This document shows positions 13,701-27,763 of a DNA stretch of 64,000 nucleotides, piece by piece. The stretch lies in NCBI RefSeq assembly GCF_009914755.1, contig NC_060935.1, one strand, 5' to 3'. Under the pieces are notes generated by a model. That model had not been told where the DNA came from. It saw nothing but the letters and a program-made list of their open reading frames with translations, and made no database searches. Source of the DNA: the human T2T-CHM13v2.0 reference genome, Homo sapiens. A program made the translations under genes and the position numbers. Numbering within the stretch: position 1 is the stretch's first letter; every line of letters starts with the position of its first letter.

Positions 13701-14860
13701 AAATATCTTCACAAAAAAGGAAACAATTAACAAAGTGAAGGGACAACCCACAGAATGGAAGAAAATGTCTGCAAACTACTCATCTGACAAGAAATTAATC
13801 CCCAGAATGTATAAAGAGCTCAAACAACTCAATAGGAATAAAAACCCTAGTAATCCAATTTTTTAAGTAGGCTAAAAAGTTGAATAGACATTTGTCAAAA
13901 AAAAGGTACGAAAATGGGTATATGAAAAGATGCTGAACAGCATTGATCATCAGAGAAATGCAAACCAAAACTTCAATGAGATATCATCTTCCCCCAGTTA
14001 AAATGGCTTTTGTTCAAAAGTCAGGCAATAATTAATCCTGGCAAGGGGTAAAAGGAAACCCTCAAACACTGTTGGTGGGAGTATAAATTAGCGTCGCCAC
14101 TACGGAGAACAGTGTGGAGGCTCCTCAAAAAACTAAAAATTTAATTAACATATGATCAAGCAATTCCATTGCTGGGTACATAAGCCAAAGAAAGGAAATC
14201 AGTATATCAAAGAGATATCTACACTCCCATGTTTATTGCAGCACTCTTCATAATCGCCAAGATTTGGAAGCAATCTAAGTGCCTATAAACAGACAAATGG
14301 ATAAAGGAAAAGAAGTACATATACTCAGTGGAGTACTACTCAGCCATAAACAAATAATGAGATCCTGTCATTTGCAATCACATAGATGGAACTGGAGGAC
14401 ATTATGTTACATGAAAAAAGCCAGGCAGAGAAAGAGAAACTTCACATATTCTCACTCATTTGTGGGAGCTAAAAATGCAAACAATTCAAATCATGGATAT
14501 AGAGAGCAGAATGATGACTATCAGAGGCTGGGAAAGGTAGTGGTGGCAGGAGTAATTGGGAATGGTTAATGGGTACAAAAATATAGTTCTACAAAATGAA
14601 TGAGATTTAGTATTTGATAGCACAATAGGGTGACTATAGTCAACAATAATTTATTGTATATTTAAAAATAACTAAGAGAGTATAATTGGAATGTTTGTAA
14701 CACAAAGAAATGATACATGCTTGAGATGATGGATACTCCATTTACTCTGATGTGATGATTACACATTGAATGCCTGTATCAAAATATCTCGTGTACCTCA
14801 TAAATATGTATTAATACACCTATTATGTACACATAAAAATTTATAGTTAAACATTCTTTA
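10763..14860 (+). mobile_element. L1MA (L1MA3-like) LINE-1 with decayed ORF2 and complete 3' UTR; most of 5' UTR and ORF1 missing; interrupted by LTR3
   Basis: ORF2 peptides ([30 protein letters not shown]); L1MA2/3-type 3' UTR 'gatagcacaatagggtgactatagtcaacaataatttattgt...aaatatctcgtgtacctcataaat'. Confidence 0.92.
11194..11609 (-). mobile_element. Solo LTR3-like (HERV-K HML-6) LTR inserted in L1 ORF2
   Basis: TGTTGGGG...CCCAACA termini, 416 bp; L1 sequence 'tttatagc/gtaaatgcc' resumes on both sides. Confidence 0.8.
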
Positions 14861-15317
14861 AAAAGAAAGGAGCAATGGCTATATTCATATCAGGGAAAGT
14901 AGACTTCAGGAAAAAAAATTATCAGAGACAGTGAGGGACATTTTTGAATAATAAAAATAGGTTAATCCACCAAGAAGGCCTAGCAATCCCAAAAGCACCA
15001 GAGCTACAAAGACATGTGAAGAAAAAAACTCATGAACCTAAAAGTAGAAATAGACAAATCCACATTACAGTTGAGACTTCAACACCCATCTCTTAACAAT
15101 TGATAGAAAAACTGTCCAGAAAATCAGCAAGAATATAGAAGAACTCAAAAAAAGCCACCAATTCTCAGGATTTGATCAGCATTTGTAAGACAGTTTGCTG
15201 AACAGGAGTGTCTTATCTGTATCAATGTCTGTATCCAAGTTGCAATATTATAATATAATTTTGCAACATGTTTATAGTGGGGAAAACTGGGGAAAGGGTA
15301 CAAGGGATCTCTGTGTG

Positions 15318-15319
15318 TT

Positions 15320-15363
<44 letters not shown>

Positions 15364-15448
15364 TCCTTCCTTCCTTCCTTCTTTCTCTTTCTCTTCCTTC
15401 CTTCCTTCCTTCCTTCCTTCCTTCCTTCCTTCCTTCCTTCCTTCCTTC

Positions 15449-15488
<40 letters not shown>

Positions 15489-15539
15489 TCTTTCTTCCTT
15501 TCTTCTTTCTTCTTTTTCTTTTTTTCCTTCTTCTTTCAT

Positions 15540-15540
<1 letters not shown>
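15318..15540. repeat. Compound (TTTC)n(TTCC)n(TTTC)n microsatellite derived from the Alu tail
   Basis: ~220-bp pure pyrimidine tract lying between the Alu body and its TSD. Confidence 0.95.
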
Positions 15541-15826
<286 letters not shown>

Positions 15827-15924
15827 CTCTCTGTGTTTTTTCTTACACCTGCATGTGAATCCAACATTATCTCAAAATTTTTTAAATTTAATTTTAAAAA
15901 TGAACAACTATACTTCCCATAAGA

Positions 15925-15997
15925 ATATAGTCCCAGCAACTTGGGAGGCTGAAATGGGAGAATGGCTTGAGCTCAGGAGTGTTAAACTACAGTGATC
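15925..15997 (+). mobile_element. Alu/FLAM monomer fragment
   Basis: 'tagtcccagcaacttgggaggctgaaatgggagaatggcttgagctcaggag'. Confidence 0.7.
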
Positions 15998-16027
15998 TAC
16001 GTTGGTATTAAATGTTGATATTAAATC

Positions 16028-16400
16028 AATGCTGAATAAAAGTGGTACAAGCATACATCATTGCCTGGTTCCTAATCTTAGGGGCAAAGCTTTCTGATTT
16101 CATCATTAAATGTTAGCAGCAGGTTTTTTTTTTTTTTTCCATCAGTTTCAGGGCTTCCCTTCTATTCCAAGTTTGTTGAGAGTTTTGTTATTTCATAAAT
16201 AGGTATTAAATTTTGTTAAATACTTTTTGTGCATCTACTGAGATGATCATATGGGTATTATCTTATAGCCTGTTCGTATAGTAAATTATATGGATTGACT
16301 TTCCAATACTAAGCCAGCTTTGTATTCGTTGGATGAAACTTAGTCATGATGTATTGTTATTTTTATATACTACTGTATTCATTTTGTTAAATTTTAAAAA
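16028..16400 (-). mobile_element. Old L1M ORF2 (RT region) fragment
   Basis: 'tgctgaataaaagtggt...gttcctaatcttaggggcaaagc...gcatctactgagatgatcatatgg'. Confidence 0.75.
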
Positions 16401-16664
16401 GATTTTTTAAAAAATAAAATAATTGTTTCTACATTCATAAAAATATTATATTTGACTTGCCCAAGATACTGCTGCTACTTCAAAAAAAATCTATATTTAA
16501 GAACAAGAACAGATAAAACAAGGAAAAGGCTAGATTTGAAAAATTAGTATAAGAAGTAACAAAGAGAATGGAATTTCTAAGAAACAGAATTGTTCAAGCT
16601 GAACTTGTTTGACTCTTTGTTGAAGTCATTTAAATCCTGAATAGGAGATACAGGAGAAGAAGTG

Positions 16665-16985
16665 GCAATAATAGCTAGTATTTTTGAGCACTTTATATGT
16701 GCCAGCCTTTGTTCAAAGTGCTTTATACACCTCATATAATCTTCATAACATTCTTATGAAGGTATAATATCAGGAAAGTACATTGACTAGTCACTATGAG
16801 TCAAGCATTGTATTAATTCTTTCATATGTTATGCTATATATAATTCTCATAAAAGCATGCATGTCAATTGAATTATTGTTCTCATTTTTAAATTGAGGAA
16901 TCTGTTTATGTCAAGTAAGATTGGAGCCAAAATGGTGCCCAGGTAATATCATCCCCAAGCCCGAGCTCTTCATCACTCGCTACAA
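16665..16985 (-). mobile_element. MIR fragments
   Basis: 'aataatagctagtattttttgagcactttatatgtgccag...aagtgcttta' and 'ctcatttttaaattgaggaa'. Confidence 0.55.
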
Positions 16986-17059
16986 CAATAATATAAGCTC
17001 TTTTTTATTCCTGTTTCCACTCATTTAAACCTTTATTTAAAGACGTTTATTTAGTCATC

Positions 17060-18160
17060 CACCACGTGGCACATAACATGTTTATTTGGTAATCTACCAT
17101 GTGGCATGTAACTGCTGAGGATATATCATCTGTCTTCTGGAGAAGAACAAAGCACATTCAGCATAATAGGCTAGCACCTTTAGACCACACAAGAGGCACT
17201 CCTGCCATGTGCCCTGTTTGTTCTTTGGAGAGCCTTCCTCAAAAAATTTAAATCTCGTCTGGTGTTTGGAACTAACTGAAGCTGGCAGGATTGTCTGTGC
17301 AGAGACAGGATCTGCATAGACCTTGGTCTTTGTTTCTCTCCTCAAAGATGTTCTTTGGCTTTTTACATCCATCCCTTGCCATAAGTCAGGTTGACCTGAT
17401 GGATGGAGAAGCTCCAGGACTTGTGATTAGGAGGGTCTTCCCAGGGCAATGTGGACAGACCAGAATACAGAAGCATAGCGTAGTGAGCAAATGCAGTACT
17501 ACTTTCCTGAGATCCAGTGAGGTAGGACCTCCAGAATGGTGCTGACATGCTGATTTGGAGTTATGCTCACATCAGACATAGGGTGAGTTCAGAATTATTG
17601 CTATGATAATCCCTGGTTGACCCTTCAAATTGAGATGTGTAGATAGGCTGCTGTGTCAGCTTTCAACTTTGTGTGTTCTGACCACAGTGTCTTCTCTAGT
17701 TTACAGCACCTAAAGGTAATGTGAGTGGTGGCAGATGTTCTGCACACTGTACCCAGGGCGTCATTCCAACTCCTTGACAGGCAATTCATCACATATGAGA
17801 AAGTCCTGTGATTGCCATACCTATCTGTTTGAAGGGCTTGAAGACTGCTCCTTATACCAAGGGTCTTTTCAGACCTGTGTATTTTCTTGTGTCTGATCAA
17901 TGTGGTGAAGGTATGCTCTTCTAGATGATGTTAAACCCTGGCAGGAAAGGTATAGATGATATTTGTGTAAATTGAATTGCTCTTTTTGCTTGAAACCTCT
18001 CCCTGACTTTCTTCTGGTGGCTATATGTGGAAGGAGGTAGTGCTACAACATAAAAAAATACCACGTTGTAGGGATGCAGTTGACTATGGCCTAAGAAGTT
18101 CAAGAGGGGATGTTGTTGAAAGATGTGCTGTTCTACATTTATACTATAAAATTTCAAACA
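17060..18160 (-). mobile_element. Ancient RTE-clade LINE relic (RT C-terminus and downstream ORF; MamRTE1 or L4 candidate)
   Basis: Minus-strand peptides TFSYVMNCLSRS, KLEKTLWSEHTKLKADTAAY, LPWEDPPN and ECLLCG are colinear with RTE/BovB-type motifs FTYLGSTLSRS, RLxKRLWSxHxIKLxTKxAVY, IKWQDRVPN and the C-terminal CxxCG; several frameshifts. Confidence 0.65.
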
Positions 18161-18469
18161 GTAAATTCAACATGACTAGAGAATGAGTGATAATTTCCAG
18201 TCTCTCGCACACTCTAGGGAATGCATTTGTGTTCAGTATCAACAAAGCATAGTCAGAAACTTTGAGAGTATTATCAGGAGTTAGTGTTCAAGAACAAATA
18301 ATGCCATATCATGAATACTAGGAGCTTATGCCAGTAAGTTATTCAAATTGCATCTGGTCTGTGGCTAGACTCAGCCAACAGCTGCCAGTCTGAGAACCCT
18401 GTAACTCTTAACACTTACCCCACTCTCTCCAGCCTGCTGGTCCTTCATCTGTCATCAATAGCATTTGCC

Positions 18470-18635
18470 CACATTCTTCACTGTAGCACTTGTGAAATTA
18501 CATTGAACATACTTGTTTTCATATCTGTTTCCCTTTAGTCTACACAAATTCCTACAGACTGAACTCTCCAGGTCCATCTTTATAGGTTGAGTAATACGGT
18601 CTATGGCTCATGATAAATATTCACAATGTATTTTG
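18470..18635 (+). mobile_element. L2 3' end fragment
   Basis: 'tagcacttgtgaaattacattgaacatacttgttttcatatctgtttcccttta...ggctcatgataaatattcacaatgtattt'. Confidence 0.5.
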
Positions 18636-19194
18636 CTCTTTGTTTAATAAGAAATGTAATTTCAACCTTTAGGTTATATTATACAAAGTTATTCATTTGA
18701 GTTAATCTTATGAACAAGCAAGATCCTCAAAGGGAGAATCAGACCTGCTAAAACAAAGGAAATCAGTTAAGGCTGATTTTAGACTGCTATTAATATCTAA
18801 CAAAGTCTTATTGGACAAAAGTTGGTCAGAAATATCCAAGGGAGGAAACCATTGCTAACTGACATTTTGATGCTATTGGATACTGCTGTTAACTTGAGTT
18901 GGCCAGTGTATAAGTTGTTGCTGAGAGCAGTAAACCTCTAATGAGTCCACAGAATTTAATGTCTCCTAGTATGTTCAATCTACTACCAGAGTAGCTTTAA
19001 CACTGAGAATATTTAGTTTATTAGAAACATTCAGATCATTTCTACTTTACCTCACTCTGTGCTACCTAGATGATTCCAGAAAGTGAATCTTATTAAGGAT
19101 AATATTAAAAATAATACCTAACATGTTTAAACATGCTTATTAAGTGCCAGTCATTACTCAAAAATTTTCATGTGATCTCACTTAATTTTCATGA

Positions 19195-19884
<690 letters not shown>

Positions 19885-19989
19885 ACAAGCTTGTTAAGTA
19901 AATACTGGTGTTATCTCCATTTTATCAATGAGGGAATAGAGGCACAGTGCTGTAAGCAGCCCAGGTAATTCACCAGGGATATAGTAACG

Positions 19990-20200
19990 CAGCTTCTGGT
20001 GCTCGGGGCTCCAGGCTTGGGATCTGACATCCTAGGTTTTATTCTCAGCTCTTCCCTGACTCTCTCGTAAGCTTTACCAAATTGCATAAACTTTTTGAAC
20101 CTCATCATTCTTATTAGCCAGATAAGAAATGTATGATCTACTTTCCAACTCTGAGATCTGACATAAAATATTTGAATAAACTTTAAAGTACTGTACAGAC
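19990..20200 (+). mobile_element. MIR
   Basis: 'ggcttgggatctgacatcctaggttttattctcagctct...aactttttgaacctca'. Confidence 0.5.
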
Positions 20201-20653
20201 TCATAGTGTTACCATTAACACCACACCAAACTCCCTTGAACCACCTGCAGATTTCTGAAGAAATTTTGGGCCCTTTACATGCATATTCTCTCAGTCATTT
20301 TTTAAGAAAAATTTATAATAATTTTATATATTGGAAATTTCTTTCCAAGCAGTACACAGCACGTAATTTTGTAAAATAAGTATAAAACATCCTTCTCTCT
20401 TTCTGTCTCTCCAGTTGTGGTAATACTATCCTTTTGGCTGGATTAATCTATCTTGCATAACACAAATAGATTACATACATTCAATTCAAAAATATTGTAG
20501 ACCCCTCCTAAATTAATAGAATCGTAAAAAAAATGGAGAGCAAGAAGATACTAGTAACCATTTCAATATTAACATGAGATTTTTGGAAAAAAAAGGAAAA
20601 GTGATAAAGTGCCTCTGTCCTTTTGGCAATCTAGAAAATGAATTTTTATTTTT

Positions 20654-20935
20654 AGCTGGGCTTGGTAGCTCATGTCTGTAATCCTAGCATTTTGGGATGC
20701 CGAGGCAGGTGGATCACTTGAGGCCAGGAATTTGAGACCAGGCTAGCCAACATGGCAAAACACCATCTCTGCCAAAAATACGAACAGGCATTGTGGCATG
20801 CACCTGTAATCCCAGCTACTCAGGAGGCTGAGGCACAAGAATTCCTTGAACCCAGGAGGTGGAGCTTGCTGTGAGGCAAGATAGTGCCACTGCACTCCGG
20901 CCTAGGCGGCAGAGCGAGACTCTCTCAAAAAAAAA
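20654..20935 (+). mobile_element. Alu (old S or Jb), inserted in the T-tail of an L1MA
   Basis: Dimeric Alu with shortened linker; TSD-like 'ttttattttta' on both sides. Confidence 0.93.
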
Positions 20936-20936
20936 G

Positions 20937-21150
20937 TTTTATTTTTAACTGACATATAATAATTGTCCATATTCATGGGATACAAAAATATAGTGTATGA
21001 TTATCTAATTAGACTAATAAGCATATCCTTCACTTAAATATTTATTATTGCTTTGTGATAAGAACATTCAAAATTCTCTCTTTTAATCATTTTGATATAC
21101 TAAATATATTATTGTTATCTATAGCTATCCTACAGTGCAATGGGACAGGA
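20937..21150 (-). mobile_element. L1MA 3' end fragment
   Basis: 'tttttaactgacatataataattgtccatattcatgggatac...gtgataagaacattcaaaattctctc'. Confidence 0.75.
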
Positions 21151-21440
21151 AAGGTTTTAAAATTATTCCTGTAGAACAAGAAGCAAAGTGTTTAAATTCA
21201 GAATCCATAGATCTTTAGTATCTTGCTCTGTGTAGAGTAAAATATTCTGTACTTGTCAAACAAATAATACTAAGTATAACTTACAGAGAATTGGTGTTGT
21301 GTTGAATACTGTGTGACGCAGTTCAGTTTTATGATCTAATTGAATTTTCACAATAACCCTTCAAAGTGAGTTTCATAATTTCTGTGGTAGTGATTACAGA
21401 ACAGAGGCATGAAAAGTTATGTCCCCTTTCCAAACTTGCA

Positions 21441-21709
21441 CAACTATTAGTTTTCCATTTTTCACACTTAGATTTTTATTCCAAAATTAATATTTATCTA
21501 CATAAACATTTTTTGAGTGACTAATGAGTCCTGTTGAATAATAATAGTTTAATTTTTACTGTTGTCTAGTGTAGTCTTCCAACTATTAATTTTCCATTTT
21601 TCACACTTAGATTTTTATTCTAAAATTAATATTTATCTACATAAACCATGATTGACTAATTAATACTGTTGAATAATAATAGTCTAATTTGTACTGTTGT
21701 CTAGTGTAG
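21441..21709. repeat. Local tandem duplication, 2 x ~132 bp
   Basis: Copy 1 at 21441-21574 and copy 2 at 21580-21709, both 'caactatta...ttcacacttagatttttatt...gttgtctagtgtag'. Confidence 0.95.
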
Positions 21710-21729
21710 GCAGTAAAGGTCGGGACTGC

Positions 21730-23300
21730 AGTTGGCTAGTTTATTAAAACATTTCCAATCTCTGAAAACCCTTTTTCCTTCTGCTCTTCCACAATAAAAC
21801 ATGTAAGAGGCATATTCACTTTCTTAGTCTCTCCTACAATTAAAGGTGACTTCGTTCTAGTCAATGACAGAGATTTTCTGGAGATTATTTGAGAAACATA
21901 TTTTCTGCTGTAGGTACACGTATAGCTGGCACCAGACTTTTGCCATGCCTTCTGACCATGAATACTGACGTGATGCATGCAGCTGTGATAGCTATTCTAT
22001 GGCCATATGGTAAAGGCAAAGAAAATCATAAGGATACTGTATCTGACATTAATGAACGGTTGAAAGAAGCAGCTGCATATATCTCCACATCCTTAAATCA
22101 AAGAAATTGAATTCCTGTTGATTAAATCTACTATTAATGAGGTAATCTGTTAATTGAGGCCAAAAATATTTCTAAGTAATATATGCAAGCTCTGAAAATT
22201 CCATGCCTCTTTGTAGAAAAGGGGTATAATATTTGTTGCAAAAATGAATTTGGAATTTTACACTTGATGAATATTAACTGAATGAATACCCTGTATCTAA
22301 CACTGTTTCAGGAACCACAGGGTTTTTTTAAATAAGATATAGTCTATATCTTCAGGATTCTTAGAACATATTAAGAATTGATTAAGATAAAGATAGAATG
22401 GCCTACACCATGGCTATTTTTTCCCCTCAATCTATTAACTTTAATTTTAATGAGAATCTTGTGTTTCCCTCTAGGTACAACTATTCCTGGCCCCAATTTT
22501 TTGTTCTCTGTAGTCATGAACTTGAAGTACCTCATACTACAGGTGGGGTGATGTTCCTGCTCCTTGATTCTGGTCTCCACCATTTGATTTGCTTTGAATG
22601 ACCTATGTTTGTGGATATGATATAAGCAAAAGCTTAAAATGGTCTTCAACAACAAGGCTTGCTATTTTGAACCTTGGATATTATGTTATTAGCCCACTGG
22701 TCCCCAAAGGAGAATGAGACATTTGCATAACAGAGCTAGCCTAAAGAAAGAGGACCAACCCTGACAATATCAGCTGAATACTGTAGATGATGATTAATGT
22801 TTATGCTTATGCCATTAAGTTATGAAGTTAGACAATAAGACCTGACTTACACACTCATCCATTCTTTGTCCACATCATTCGAGTAGAACTGGTAATACTA
22901 TAAGCTCTGGGTTTGGTAAACTTTATCTACACCAGTCAATATATTCAATTCTCATCACCTTAGTGATTAATTCATAAGTTGGCTTGTCAGCATACCCAAA
23001 TCTTTCAAATTAATTCAGTGGTATTTTGTAATTATCAGGAAAAAATAGTCTTTCTTCCTAGCTCTAAGAATCGCACAAACTTGTAATTGCTGGAGATCAC
23101 ATATGGACAGTGCAGACCTGAAAATAAACACAACATTAAATACAACAGTCAAGAGATAGAGAGAAAAAAATTACATCTTAGTAACTAGGCTGCAATCCCT
23201 GAATCCAATTTCTTTTAGACATTTTATTACTTGAAGTTTACATATTTCCTTTACTGCTTAACTCGTTTTGGTTTAGGCTTATTTTGCTTGGTATAAATAA
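21730..23300 (+). mobile_element. Cluster of highly diverged MLT1-type MaLR LTR pieces (with an L2 fragment)
   Basis: 'gtgatgcatgcagctgtgatagctattctatggccat', 'ctccttgattctggtctccaccatttgatttgctttg', 'ccccaaaggagaatgagaca'. Confidence 0.45.
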
Positions 23301-23339
23301 AAAGGGTCCCAGAACTTTCAAAGGTAATTATAGAAAAGT

Positions 23340-24040
23340 GCAAAATAATACCATAAAAGAGATAAGAAAGGGTTCCTAGGAGAGGCTGTGTAGTGGTTTG
23401 ATACTCAAAGAAGATTTTAAATAAAAATGGAATTTTGATGAATGAGAAGTAGAAAAGCATATATCCTGTGAGAAAAAAAAATGGTTTTTGAAAGGAAGTA
23501 TATGCTAGGGACAGTGAGCAATTCAGTTCGATCAAAGTAGACTTAAAATGGAGAAGTGGGAGACAAAGTTCTACAACATTTTAGAGCTGATTTGTTGAAA
23601 AACCTGAAAACCTAAATAAGGAGTTTGTGTCTAATATACACTGAAGAATTTTCACTAGAGGAATCATAGCATTAGCCCTTTTTAGAATGTATTCACTTGA
23701 TAGAATTTATTGGACAGAAAAAAAAATGAATGTAGGTAAAGAAAGCAATTGTAAGATCAGTATATATCATGTGCCCAGTCCTTCACAGTGTTGGAAATAT
23801 ACTAAAGACTTAATAAATATTTTTGGATATTACATTGAATAGGAGGCTTCTGTAACATTGTCAATGAAAAGTAGATTGATCTGAATCAAGACATAATGCA
23901 AATTCAAAAAGAGAAGATAAAATATTTAAATAAATTCATTAGCATTTGGTAGCAGAATGGATAGTAGGGCTACAGTGGAGGGTAACTGCAAATGTGACTT
24001 GAGAGGTTTCAACTTTGATCATAGAGAAAACAGAATTTCT
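23340..24040 (-). mobile_element. L2 fragments
   Basis: Purine-rich L2-like run 'agggacagtgagcaattcagttcg...aaacctaaataaggagtttg...agcatttggtagcagaatggata'. Confidence 0.45.
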
Positions 24041-25226
24041 GATGTTTGAAAAAAAAAAATTTGGTCAAAATGCTGTAAGTTTGCTTTAGTTTAACCCAAA
24101 TAATTTTCTCCATACAAAAGCAGGTTTTTTTCATATTTATAATTTCTTGCAGACAAAAGTTAAAATTTTTCTGGTGCAGAAATACACCTCTTTTTTTTCT
24201 TTTTACATCAGTGAAAATAATGTCAACATAAGCAATCCATTTTGAGTTGTTCTAGTTGTAGTGATTGGGAATACAGTTCTTCAATGATACATGGAAACCA
24301 TTTGAAATCCTTGGAAAATTTTAATTAAATGTTTCAGGAACAAACTCCCCTAAGCCACAGTGTCTTTCTGGTTGCCATGTTAGTTAACAAACACTTATTT
24401 TCCAAGCTGTACATTGTTATGCACTAAGACAAACCTTTTAGTTCCTATAGATGGCATACAGAGCATTTATGTATTTTATAATATTTCCCAATCCTGTAGA
24501 CTGTGTTCCATTTTCTCTGGCTGACATTAAATAGTTATATTGCCTTAATATTCAGAATGAAAGCAACTATATTTAATGGCATTCATGCTTAAACATGCTT
24601 TTAAGTATTTGACACATTATACAACCTGATTTCTACCATGGTAGGAATACCTAAAACTTCCCTTCCAGACATAACAATTGTCTATTCTAGGTAGGCATAG
24701 TGTCAATATTTTGTGGTTTAACTCTAAAGATAATTTCACAGAGGACTATCAGGAATTATAATTGACGATCAGCTGGACATTCTATGCTGATTAGCCAAAC
24801 ATGGAAGGTCAATATAAAAAAGCATTGTATTTTTAGACCTTAGTCCTCCTCCTGAATTTTTTTTCTATTGCCATCTAAAAGGAAAGAATCAAGATTGGAA
24901 AGCCATAATGAGACAATAGAGTTCTTAAACCCTGCCTTAAGTGTGGTTTTTGGTTAATTTTCAGATGTCATGAAGGAAGCTATTGTATTACAGACAGTGA
25001 TGGTACATATGATTCACTCAGAAACCAATTTGTCACGGGCCAAATATTACCTCAGTTTGAGGCAAAATAAAGTAAATGCGTAGAGTATTTGCAATGTTTA
25101 TTATTTAATAACTAACACTATCATGCACACCTAGGAATAATTTTTGTGTGGAAGTGTGAGAGACATATAGATGATATAACCATAAGCATTCAGTCCCCAC
25201 TACTAATTTAGATGAGACTCACTGTT

Positions 25227-25537
25227 TGTTTGTTTTTTTGTTTTGTTTTGTTTTGAGACAGAGTCTTGCTCTGTCACCCAGGCTGGAGTGTAGTGGCGCG
25301 ACCTCGGCTCACTGCAACCTCCACCTCCCAGATGCAAGCAATTCTCCTGCCTCAGCCTTCCGAGTAGCTGGGATCACAAGCACCTGCCACTACACCGAGC
25401 TAATTTTTGTATTTTTAGTAGAGATGGGGTTTTGCCAGGTTGACCAGACTGGTCTCGAACTCCTGACCTCAGATGATCCACCTGACTCAGAATCCCAAAG
25501 TGCTGGGATTACAGGCATGAGTCACCAACGCCTGGCC
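25227..25537 (-). mobile_element. AluS (Sx-like) with (GTTTT)n tail
   Basis: Full Alu body; TSD gagactcactgtt (25214-25226) / gaaactcactgtt (25539-25551). Confidence 0.95.
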
Positions 25538-26344
25538 AGAAACTCACTGTTAATAGCAGTATTTGTAATGCTAACAACCAAAATGCACACGTTTACCAGT
25601 CTAGGTTCACTGTAACCAGATAGTGGTAGAGAATCTATTCTTGAGGCAAAGTTTGACACATGAAGATCAGTTCTATCTGAGATCCATAAAAATAGTGCTA
25701 TTTACCTCAATTTTTTATTTCATTTGCAGACATATGCCTACTTAAATGTGTTTAATGATATTAAATTACATACTACTTAATTATATGTCTAAACTATCAT
25801 GCATAATTTTTAAAACAGATTTTTAAACAAATGCTTCAGCAATATTTTAGATTATTCTGGCTTGTAGGTATATTTTATTAGAACTGCCTCATAAGCACTA
25901 TTGTGTTAACAATGTTATCATTATAGAAATATTAGCACAGTAAAATACATGTATAGATTCATTATATTTCTGAACAGAAGAGTAGCTACACAGAGATTGG
26001 TGAAACTCATTGAACCTAGAAAAGACTTTCCTAAATATTACTGTTGAGGGAAGAAGTGCCCCTACAATTGAATGAATAACAGAAAGCCCTGTAACCAGAG
26101 GTATGGAACAATTCAATAAATTAAAAAAAAATATTTAAACATCCATAGTCAAGCTTAATGTAACTGTAAAGTATGCTATAGTAGCTATGTAACTGTAGCC
26201 TGTAACTATGAACTATGCTATGATGACTCCATGTAGGACTGATTACAGAAACACCTCCATCTATTCCTCAGTCTTCCAAAGCTCACTCCCACATTGAATG
26301 ATGTAGCCCTGTAGTCTTTGACTTGCAATCCAATCTTCATCCCG

Positions 26345-26515
26345 TGATTCTCAGCCAGGGTATGCTCTAATATTATCATATGAACTTTATACACATGCAG
26401 ATTCAGAACTCCACTGTTAACCTACTTAATTTGAATATCTAGAAATGGGTTTAAGCTCTCGTAATTGAAAATTTCACTGGTGATTCTAATGTACACCCCA
26501 AATTAGGAATCATTA
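26345..26515. mobile_element. MER5-like hAT-Charlie MITE
   Basis: 'tctcagccaggg...catgcagattc...tgaatatctagaaatggg...ggtgattctaatgtacaccccaaattaggaatcatt'. Confidence 0.6.
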
Positions 26516-26579
26516 ACTAAATCAAAATATGGTATTATACTTGAATCCTTGAAAATATAATACTATCTTTTCATTCTAA

Positions 26580-27731
26580 CTTATTTTTATGTTTTATAAA
26601 TTGTGGCAAAATAAATATAAAATTTACTATCGTAACCATTTTTAAGTATACAGCTTAGTAGTATTAATTACATTAGCATTGTTTTACAATTATCACCACC
26701 ATATATCTCCAGAACTCTTTTCATCTTATAAAACAGAAACTCTATATTCATTAAAAAATAACTCCTCAATCCCTCTCCCCTAGTCCCTGGAAATCACCAT
26801 TCTACTTTTCATCTTTATGATTTTGCTGTTCTAAGTACCTCAAATAAGTGGAATCATACACTTCCTTTTTGTGTCTGGCTTATTTCATTTACAATAGTGT
26901 CTGCAATGTTCATCCATTGAAGCATTTTCTTTGTTTTTAAGGTAAGATAATATTCTGCTGTATGTATGTACTGTATTTTGCTTATCCACTCATCCATCAG
27001 TTGACACTTGCACTGCTTCCACATTTTAGCTATTAAGAATACTGCTGCTATGAATATGGATGTCCAAAGATCTCATGAGACACTGCTTTCCATGCTATCA
27101 AGTATGTACTCAAAAACTGAATTTCAGGATCTTATTATAATTCTATTTATTTCGTAATTGCCATACTATTTTTATAGCAACTGCATTATTTTATATTCCC
27201 AACAACTCATAAGGTTTTCATTTCTCCACATTCTTGCCAACACTGGTCAATTTTTGCTTTATGTATTTGTTGCTCTGTTATTAGGTACCTAAATGTTTAT
27301 AATTGTTACAACGTCTTGCTGAATTAAACATGTATTAATAAATAATCCTCTTTGCATTTTCTAACCCTTTGTAAAATTTAAAATCTATTTTCACTGACTT
27401 TAGTATATCCATAACTATCCTCTTTTGGTTACTACTTGTGTGAAATATTATTTCTGTCTTTCCGCTTTCAATCTATTTGTCTTTTTGGATCCAAAGTGAA
27501 TTTACTGTGAACAGAATATAACTAGATTGTGCTTATAAAGTCAATTTTGCCCATCTCTGTCTCTTTTTCCAGGGGTGGGGAGTGTCAGGGTTTACTCTGT
27601 GACCCAGGCCAGAGTCTAATGGCATGATTTCAACTCATTGCAACTTCCACCTCCTGGGCTCAAGCAGTCCTCCCACCTCAGCCTCCTGAGCAGTTGAGAC
27701 TATAAGCATGTGCCACCATGCACAGATAATT

Positions 27732-27763
<32 letters not shown>

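Noticed and set aside
25226-25615. 129-aa ORF
   Set aside because: Typical antisense-Alu translation ([11 protein letters not shown]...).
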